In this document: positions 54,476 to 64,000 of the stretch, in pieces
Layout of the letters: every line of letters begins with the position of its first letter
Position numbering within the stretch: the first letter of the stretch is position 1
NCBI GenBank assembly: GCA_002633005.1
Contig: NMRA01000786.1
Coordinates: 80,981-144,980 of the forward strand
From: Phoronis australis
Lineage: Eukaryota; Animalia; Phoronida
DNA length: 64,000 bases
Reading direction: 5' to 3'
Translations under genes and position numbers: made by a program
The notes under the pieces: model-generated
What the model saw: the letters and a program-made list of their open reading frames with translations, nothing else
Database searches by the model: none
What the model was told of the DNA's origin: nothing

Positions 54476-56234
54476 CAATTAACTTAAATGACAGACATCA
54501 AGACAAATAACACGATGACAAGTAATAATTCTACGCGTCGTTGTAGTCGTGGGGCCTGAGAGGTATCGGGGTGCCGTTCTGAGATCCGTACTGTTACACT
54601 GTGATTTGCACACTAGAAACTGTGTCGTACATAATTGGTGACGAGTGTGGTTGGAGTTTAGATGCCGTGATACGGATGCAACCCGTAATTAGAGTTTGTT
54701 TCCTCCGCCTGAAGATAGAGTTCATGCCACCTGCATGTTGGGGCGTGTTGTCTGGGTACGTAGGCTACAAAGTGTCTGAAAAAACCTGTAGGTCTCCAGC
54801 GTTGCTTCAATGGAGCCATATCTGTGTTCATTCTACACCAAAATAGTTCGTCCGATCATAAAACAACCGCAATTTCATATACATGTATGTACAAACCGGT
54901 ATACAAAACAATTGTCCCAGCTCCATCATTTAGTCTCCACTCCTGTGACGGGAATTTTTGTGTATTTTTCTAATATTTAAGCGCGTTTGGCCGGGTATCC
55001 TGGTCAGACATGAGCGTGTTTCCCTTACATGTTTATAATGTGACAGGTCATGTCGTGATATATATTGTCGCACTCGACACCTGTTATCGTCCGCACGACA
55101 ATGCTTAGCGACATTTAAGGCATATATTGTCGCACAAGACATATAATGTCGCCCCCATGGGGGTTGAGTCAAAAAAAAAACGCATGGGCGGATTTTTGTG
55201 GCGAATACTTTCGCCAAAATTCCCGCAATTCTTTGGGGAGTCTACTAGTCTATTTTGTTTCGAAGCTCACATTACTGAGTGAAATTCGAACCTGACACAG
55301 CTAAGAATACCAAACTCACACTTCCCACTGGAAACTTGAGGCTACGGCAATTTCTAAGTTATTCCATAAGACGCCGGAAGCCTTCCGGGACTCCTCGGAG
55401 GTGAACTTTATCTGCGCACGTGCGACCTTCAGTCATACGACCAATCATTCTCCAGCGTGAAAGCTTGCTGTATAATTGAAATTTGCAAACGAGCAGATAA
55501 CGTTCATCTTCAAGGAAAAATTTGGGGCTGCGAAGATATCAGAGTTGTTCCTGATAATGGAATCCTAGTTTATGTTTGCATAATTTCCTGAACGATATGT
55601 AAAGACAATTTCACATACTTTGTGACGTTATATTCTTTATTCTTGCGTTCACTCGTCTTGGCCTAATTAAATTATATTGCCACTTAAGAATCAAACGTAG
55701 TCCTTTTTCATCGATTATGAACAAACAGAGCATTTTATTCACAGCGTAATATTTAAATTGCAAGTGCATGTCCTGATTGCATCTTTACACTCGTTTTCAT
55801 GTCCACAATTCTCGTCAGCACACGAACATGCACAAGGTCTTTCTGGCGAGATTTAAGACAAAACGTATTTGCTAGGTGTCATGCCATATGAAGTCGTACG
55901 GAGGTCGGAGGGTATTGTTTAACTTGCGACATCCATGACCAGCGTAAGCGCGTCGTTTGGTTGTCGCCTCTGGGACACTACCATTGTTTTCCTTTGTTTC
56001 ATCTTTATTGGATATGCATGTAACAATACGGGTATCATGGCTATTGTACCTTGGGCTCACATCTCCAGTTACGGATAAATGGTTGCCATTATCTTTGATA
56101 ATACAGAAAAACAAAGTGAACATGGGATACCCCAATGTACCGATCTCTATACGACCAGCTTGCGACCTGGTTTGAACACGTCACACAGGCACTTAGCGGC
56201 TCGTTACATCCATCTTATTTCGAAGCACATCTTT

Positions 56235-59200
56235 CTACTGCCCGGGCCCTTCGGGTCCCATCGCCGTGTATCCACAATCCACAGGGATGTCAGCACCATC
56301 GATGTACATGGCGTCTTTACTACATAAGAAAGTTATCACTGACGCAACGCCAGCAGCTTTGATCAACACACGTGGAGTCATAAGGTTTTTGCAAAATGGG
56401 TCGTTCGTCTAGAAAAGAAAAAATTTTCCTATAGTATCTCTTGGCTTGTTTAGCACATACTATGGCATTCACGAGAAATTTCACTATGTGTATTTTTTAA
56501 CAAAACTGAAGATTACAAACATTTCAAATCTGGTCTGCACTCCGCTTAATGGCCACATCACGTGACCCACTGAGCATAAGTCCGAAAAGAATTCTGCCCC
56601 CGACTGGGACTCTAACTCAGGACCTTCTACTATCCGTGTAGACACTTACATGTAAGCCGCTGAGCCACCGGGACTACCGGTCAAACACAATCATCCAATC
56701 AGACTTAGGAGTGGGCATCCCCTCATAAAATCGTGAGTGTAATTGTATATGCAAATCTTAAAGCGGTGTGGAATTATGGAACACAAACATTTTAAAATGT
56801 GTGTTCAATGTTTTCTTTAATATTTACATATGCATGTACATTTAAAACTGAAGATTAATGTGTGTTTCCATCTGTTATTAGTTAACATTGTACATTTTTG
56901 ATCTATTTTTAATATTTCCAACAAAGTTACCAGCCTTTGAACAATTGTGTTAACATTACCAAACCAATTCGCACTTTCCATGTGCCCATTCGGCTTTGTT
57001 TTCGCATTTTCAAAGACAAATACTGAAACTTTTATAGATATTTTCATACTTTTTCAATTGGCACCAGGTTGTGAACACGAACAGAGACTTTCGTCGCATG
57101 CACTTATTTCCGTTACCTACCTTTTTTACCGATAGGACTAACCCCCGTGTTCTTGATGCGAGCCGGCGAAAACAAAGATAACAACATTTAAATTTCCAAA
57201 ACTGGAGCAATCCTATCAAGCCGAAGCTGCTAGTTTCAACCCGGGTCAAGTTAACAGTGCCTCGATAACTCTTCCGTTGACTTTAACAGGGGTCAGCATG
57301 CTCATTTTCTGACCCCAAAATATGACAGTGACAGATGCAGATCCTTGTTGTTACAAGTATGAGTACTTAGGACCGATAACGGAGGATTTTCTCTCAAACA
57401 CAGATACCAAAACAACAGTTTTTTCAAGGATGGCGCTGCATTCGGTTTTAAAACTTGGGTCTCAATTACAAATCTTCTTAGTCACACAGCATTCATTATT
57501 GCCTAGGTTCATGTATTCTGATGTCTATGAATAATGCAATTTCCCAATTGTGTAGTGTTCTTACCCGAAATGTCGTCCACACCGCCCCTGGAGACACAGT
57601 ATTAACCCTCACTCCGTGTGAGGACAGGTCAAGTGCCATACATTTGCTCAGCATCATGACAGCCCCCTTAGCAGCGCTGTAGCCGGACATGTTAATTCTC
57701 GCGCAGTGATTGTAGACACTGCCCATGTTCACCACTGCACACTCGGTTCCATCTGCGAAACGACCGAGAAGAAGACTCAATCACAACATTACGACAGAAT
57801 GTTCTAATTAATTGGTGAATTTCATTTCAATTCCCAATTCAATATACAAGTAGTGCAAGATTCGCCAATTGCAAACTTAACAATGACACAGTCAAGAGCG
57901 GAAGTCAGCTGTGCAATAACTCTTGCCATGCACAACAAGCCCATCGACGCTGAATTCATTCGGACATCCCGAATCCAACTCTCCTCTCTAGCAGAGGTAC
58001 CTGTAGGTACATGTAGTTGTACATGTAGTTCACGAGTAGTCTAGTTTTAGAAAGGTAGTACAGTTAGAACTTTTTTGAGCAGAGTCGGACTGATTGATTG
58101 GTTGTTTGGATGGTTATATTGAGCAATCAATTTTAGATATAAATGAATGACAGTAAGGAAAAGACATGATAAGAAAGAAAACAAACAACTATGAACGATT
58201 TATCGCTCCTCACTAACCCAACTTTTCAATGTTTGAAGACCTCAAACCACGAAAGCTATGATTGTAACAAAGAATAAGGCCGTCCAGAATTACACAACGA
58301 TGGAACTCGGAGGTACATGTATATGATAGAAAGTGCGTTGTTTTCACGGGCCTCGACATTTTCACAGGTCATGTCGGAAGCTGTCGATGTGTGTGTTCTC
58401 CGGATTTAAACCCTTTAAGAGTACATTGTAGGTCTGTTGGAAAGGAAAGGTGTCAGAGAGGGGATTCTTATCGGTTCAAGATTAACCCGACGGACTTGCT
58501 TTTTCCAATTGCCGCGCATTTCCTTATCTTTTGTTAATGTCGGGAAAGCGAAGATCGTGACACCGTGCATCCACACATGGTTTGTCAAGTTTTACTACAC
58601 GTATATCTCCCGTCGAAGTTGCAACTCACAGCAAGTGCAGCAGCATCACTTCGTTGGCATTGGATGGACGAGTAGATTAATGCAGTTCAGAAAGACTTGT
58701 AAAGAATACCACAACAAAATGAACGTGTGAAACTCGAATGGCACGAAACAAGAAAGTGCTTGGTGGATACTGCGGCATGTTTGTAAATACAGTGAGATTC
58801 GAATTTCGATGGGTAAGCCGAGACCGGTCATGTTGAATAAGTCCTCGAATGATTTGAGGGTCTACCTTTCATGAAGGGAAAGCAGGCTTGAACTATGTTG
58901 GATACACCAATAACGTTGACCTCCATCGTCTTCTTGAAAATTTCAGTCGGCAATTCTGTGAAGGCTGCAAAGCAAAACGTCACTTAATTGCTGCTGTGTC
59001 ATTGCAACATTTCCCACATTGTCACCGTAGAGCGAGCATGCAGGCTACCCACGTGTAAAAACACCACACTCGAACCAGAAATCGTTAAGTATTGAAAAAC
59101 CATCCAACAAACTCGTTTTGCGCATCACATTTTAACTCGCACATCATGATAAAAAGTTTGCCATTAGAAATCATGTGCTGGGTCGTGGGAAGTCGGGGGG

Positions 59201-60965
59201 CCAGGGGGGCACGTGCACCCTAAAATTTTTGCAGGCAGCATCTGGGTTAAACCTTGGCAACCGACATAGGCGTGGGACCGTGGACAGTTGAGAAAAGAAA
59301 GACTGCGAATGAGGATATAAGAGAGAAAATTCAAGAGAACATTTCACAACATACATGTACATGTAGTATAGAGCAAGGTTTACCCCTTGAGGGCCCCCGA
59401 CAGGATATCGCTGGTAAGCCGGGTCTCCGTCACTCTTTTCCAAGATTAATGGGGCTTCAAACTTCCGCTCAATTTGTCTATAAACTCTGCTCATTATTTT
59501 CAAAATCGACAGTATTGCAAGACAATTTTCACTCAATGTAAAGTTGAGGCAAGATGTTTTTTGGTCAGTCATCAAGATTTAGGCTACTCCTTAGTTGTAT
59601 GTTCAAAAAGTTACATAAAGCTGCAAGGTGCTGTATGGTAGTAAGATGGTCACAATTAGCTAGGAATTATCTAGCACAAGGCCGTCCAATTTGAGCAAAT
59701 GCCATATAATTATTTACAGTATGCTTTCAATTTGTTTTGTAAGTTACTTATTTTCGTTGCTGAAAACATGCTATTTTGGAGACTGCTAATATGACCAACT
59801 GCGGCCTAGTGCTCCAGTGCCAAAATTAGGGGTCACTGGGTGCACAACATTTGGCATTTAGATTTTTTTAGTAGGATACTCATCCATGTACAAAAAATGC
59901 AGTTGTTTTGAATTTTGACGCATAGACTGAATATTGAAAATTTATTCAGTGGTTTTCATATAGACCACCTTTTAATATTCTCTTAACGGGCCCATACATT
60001 AGCAAATTTGTTGCGCAAAAGATTCACAGTCTGTAAGTTTCAACGTTTTTGACATCAAGATGACAGGTGACATCGATAGGCTTACACTTAATAGCAATAA
60101 GCGAAAACGTACGGATAAATATGCTTTCGAAAGTCACCGCGCAGGTCACAAGAAAGTGGATCACGCCACCATTGTAGTCTGCGAACCTTTTCGCCGACTC
60201 CACGCACTGGTTTTCGTTCGTAACGTCAACTTCGTAAAATCTTGCTTTCATACCCAGTGACGTCAATTTTTCTTCCAAAGCTTTCCCCAGGCTGTTGTTC
60301 AGGTCGAATATCGCAACAGATGCGCCATCATTACTGAAAATGATTTGTGTGTCAATGGTTTACTCAACTGAGGTCTTCAATAGCTTGCGTGCACCAAGGG
60401 GAGAGGGGCTCAAACGAGCCCCCGTGGGTAAAAAAGTCTGCCTTAGAGAAACAAAAAGCCCGAGAAAACGAGACAAAAGTTCACTAAAAAGGTGCAAATT
60501 CACAACTCATAGCTCTGACGTGGTACCCAGTTTTTTGTTAGTACGTGTAAAAGATCCACACTGTCAAACATTCGAGCTCTCCTATATTTTAGGCAGGGTG
60601 CACGCATAAATACAAATGTAGATCAGGTATTACAAGGTTAACGGAGACTGAACTGTTGGAAGTACCATGAGAAATAGCCAGGAAAGTCACTCGGCTATAT
60701 AAGAGTAAATTAACATGACTCCAATCGTTTGCCATGTACAACTGAATTATGCATTAATTGTGTGTCGACACTACACTGTTCAGATTGCTCTCGGCTGCAG
60801 TCAACTAGCCGACACTCACCAAAATCGTTCCACAACCTCTCGTCCAATACCCCGGGCGCCGCCAGTTACTACAGCAACTTTACCGCAAAACCGTCCCTTA
60901 GTCAAGGGTGCATCCAAGTCGGGCTGCTCGCAATTAGCATCGTACTTTCTTATCGCAGAATCCAT
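56235..60965 (-). CDS. SDR, copy B, 5 exons, ~275 aa
   Basis: Exons 60965-60820, 60333-60113, 58964-58866, 57752-57565 and 56408-56235. Internal exon lengths (221, 99, 188) are identical to copy A. Motifs: TGGARGIG, YSAAK, VRVNTVSPG. Confidence 0.88.
56580..56680 (-). mobile_element. tRNA-derived SINE head or tRNA pseudogene in an SDR intron
   Basis: Minus strand reads gtcccggtggctcagcgg (A-box-like) ... ggtcctgagttagagtcccagtcggggg (degenerate B-box/T-arm), and is interrupted by TACATGTA. Confidence 0.55.
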
Positions 60966-61399
60966 CAAGTACGAAATGTTGGCTACGACCTTTTATCGGC
61001 AGAAGTTCTCGAGCGACACTACTTTCTGACCTAGCGGGAACAGTCACGCCACATTATTAACGTTAATTAATGTATTCGTGTTGTGTGTACATCTGTCTGT
61101 ACATGTGTAAGTGCTTTGAATAGTCATAAACTAGGTCAGGCTAATAAATCAACGAATAGTAGGCAATAGGATCGACAAACTCTTCCTTTACCTCTCCCTC
61201 TCTCTCTCTCTCTCACCCCTCCCCCTCACCATATTTTGCAAACCTGGTCGTCTTTATTGCACCCCAGACCACCACTGTTTCTACTAGGCCGTAGTTTTGA
61301 ACTGATGGCTGGGTAGAATACATCGTTTCTGATTTATAGGCGATGATTTTTCGCACCAGGTGCAAGCTGCACATTTATTGCGAAATAACACCTGCGCAG

Positions 61400-62410
61400 A
61401 ATACTTAGAATATTTAGAAAACGCGGACCATTGAGAAAATACGAAAACTGGCATTTTGGAAATGACAAAATTGATGTTGTCTCATCGTATAAGTACCTGC
61501 AGTGGGTATTTGTTACTCCTAAGTTAGTCTGGACGCAAGCTACGGAAACCGTGTCTCACCAGGCACAGAAAGCAATTATTTCAATTAAACGTTTTCACTT
61601 AAAATGTGGACGACTTTCACAGAAAATTGCACTCAAGATTTTTTTTTATTAAATGTGTGCTCAGTCATTAGCTATGTCAGTGAGATTCGGGGATTTAAAG
61701 AATAATTATTCTAGTATCGAGCGCGTTCCATTGAAATTCTGAAAGCAACTGCTGGGAGCTACTGTTCAAATGATGCTGTCGTGGGAAAACTGGGAAGATT
61801 TCCAATTTATGTAAAGCTGTTTGTTAAATTGATCAAATGTTGGTTTAAATTGTTAAAAATGCCAGCACAATGAAATCCAAAATCTGTCTATGACATGCTC
61901 GTCACATTGGATGAGGCTGGTAGGAAAAATTGGGATTCATCTGTTAGGAATCTGCTCCAAAGCTATGGCATTGGCTTGGTATGGCACAATCGGGGAGTTG
62001 GCTGCGAAGCATCTTTTCATGTCATCTTTGAGCAACAAAGTAAATATTGTTGTTGTTGTTTTACATGTACAAGATTGGAGATTTGCTGTGGAGAATAGCT
62101 CAAAACTTAATACATATTTCTCAGTTATAATTGATTTTAAAATGGAATCCTATCTGTTGCATGATATTCCATATAATCTTTTTACGTTGCTCGAATCATA
62201 ACTTGTTGATAGAGAAAGATAGACATGCTCTTATGGACCAAAATTACCGTGTGTGTTGTTTGTGTGTGTCCCTAATTGAAGATGAATATCACTTCAAAAG
62301 TGTTTGAAAAAAATACTGTTCTCTGAGAAGCGCATTAAATTTTATACCTGAATGGTGCTGGCGTAAACCAAATAAACAAAAAACTGTAAAGCTAATGAAA
62401 ATGTCGGAGC
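61400..62410 (+). mobile_element. 5'-truncated non-LTR retrotransposon (RTEX-like ORF2 C-terminus), decayed
   Basis: KIDVVSSYKYL, IERVPLKF.KQLLG, GKLGRFPIY, WFKLLKM, NWDSSVRNLLQSYG and IEDEYHF; many stops. Confidence 0.75.
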
Positions 62411-63064
62411 CTATTGCTCAGATTAATCTAATGAAATTTGTATTGAGAATCATGCCTCGAAAACGTCACGACCCATGTTTGCTACCCATGCACGGTTTCA
62501 GCGTGGCAGGGCCGGCATCTGGTACTTGACGTAAGGTATCTTCTTTGGAGCTCTATCAGGAAATCTCGGCTTGTAAATTCCAAAGCGGTCTACTACGCAA
62601 CGCAGGCAAATCTGAATTCCAATGTCGGAACTCAAATTGCATACGGACACGTCGCTGACCATTTTACTGATAGCAATAACTGATGCAGGCCCACTACAGA
62701 GCGCAGGTTAGGACGCACATTTGTCCTATTATTTGACGTACATAAAACCAATTCGTCTACTCAGCAAATACGTGCTTAGTTTCATTATATTATAATATGA
62801 ACGTAGTCCTTTTTTATTGATAATCAGCTTTAGGGAATATAGAATTTTATTCACTCAGCATTTTTATATGGCATGATCCTGTCCTGATTACATCTTTACA
62901 CTCGTTTCCATGCCAACAGTTCTCGTCTGAATCATCAGCACATGAACACCCACGAGGTCTTGCTGGCTATATTTAAGACAAAACGTATTTGCTTGGTGTC
63001 AGCGCCCACGTCATACTGGCAACTGGCAGCCTGTCATATCCACCTTATTTCAAATCACATCCTT

Positions 63065-64000
63065 CTACTGCCCGGGCCCTTCAGGTCCCATTGCCGCATA
63101 TCCACAATCCACAGGGATGTCAGCACCATCTATGTACATGGCGTCTTTACTACATAAGAACGCGACCACTGACGCCACGCCGGCAGATTCGATAAATGCA
63201 CGTGGAGTCATCAGGCACTTACTGAACTCTGTTTCGTACTTGCCTCGTCGTTCAGTATCGCCATTGAGCTCCTACAAAACAGAAATCCGTCTAACTATAA
63301 TTCTTCACCTGTTTAACACAGCATGACGGTCAAGTGGAATTTTATTAGGTCAACAAAACTACATGTAACTATGAAACTGTTTTAATATGTAATTAGATTA
63401 ATTAATTTCAGTCATTTCCAGAAAGGCAACCAGTCTTTGAAACTGGAAAGGGATTGTTTTGGCAATGAACCATTTTCACTTTTCCCATATGGCTATTTGT
63501 TGCACTTTCCTTGACTTTACTCGTCTTTCGCGTTTTCAAACAAACTTTTGATACTCTTTCCGTTTGTACCATTTTAACACAAAGTGTGTCATGTAACAAG
63601 TAGGCTCGTTTTAGAGTTACATTTTGACTGCCGAGACTTACTCCATGTTCTTCATGCAAACCAGTGAAAACAAAGATAAAAGTATCTAAATGTCAAGCCG
63701 AAGTTATAAGCTTCAACCTGAAAAAGGGTCAAGTTAGCAATGTCAAGGTGTATTTTCCTGTTGATTACAAAAAGTCAGTGAACTACCGTATACAATGACT
63801 GTCAACGGGGTCAACATGTTGGTTTTCAGACCCCAAAAAAGTGATAATGACCTGGGCGGAATCTTATGATTTTGTGTAATTAGAAACTGCATGTGGTTTT
63901 AAAATAAAGGCAACAGTGGCAAATCGTTTCAATCACAAAGTAGGCTGTTTAGTGTTCTTACCTGGGCCGGCGTCCACACGGCCCCTGGAGACACAGTATT
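63065..64000 (-). CDS. SDR, copy C (last exon and end of exon 4; continues beyond the window)
   Basis: Exon 63271-63065 (207 nt, same length as copy A: ELNGDTERRGKYETEFSKCLMTPRAFIESAGVASVVAFLCSKDAMYIDGADIPVDCG...) and exon 64000-63962 (NTVSPGAVWTPAQ). Confidence 0.88.

Noticed and set aside
56580-56680. Functional tRNA gene
   Set aside because: Degenerate T-loop, an inserted TACATGTA and no clean cloverleaf; better explained as a SINE head or pseudogene.

Overview
AT-rich, intron-containing animal genomic DNA. The TE content suggests a marine invertebrate, but the species cannot be determined from the sequence. There is one ~1 kb assembly gap (24563-25540). The first 47 kb is mostly decayed transposons: a Sola3-type transposase, two Academ elements, a MULE remnant, several MITEs, and a three-level nest in which an Academ derivative sits in a Gypsy LTR element that sits in a hAT transposase, with both insertion junctions resolvable. 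The last 15 kb holds a minus-strand tandem cluster of five-exon short-chain dehydrogenase/reductase (SDR) genes: two complete and one partial. The most unusual feature is an intact single-coding-exon 400-aa ORF (30457-31659). It reads as a RIG-I-type CARD-like helical region, a PHYHIP-C/ADP-ribosyltransferase-like domain and two tandem CCCH zinc fingers. It lies downstream of an array of 81-bp hairpin repeats and a kB/CCAAT promoter block, and that block recurs in inverted orientation 5.6 kb away in front of an unrelated decayed secreted-protein ORF. All family assignments come from motif recognition by eye, not from database searches.
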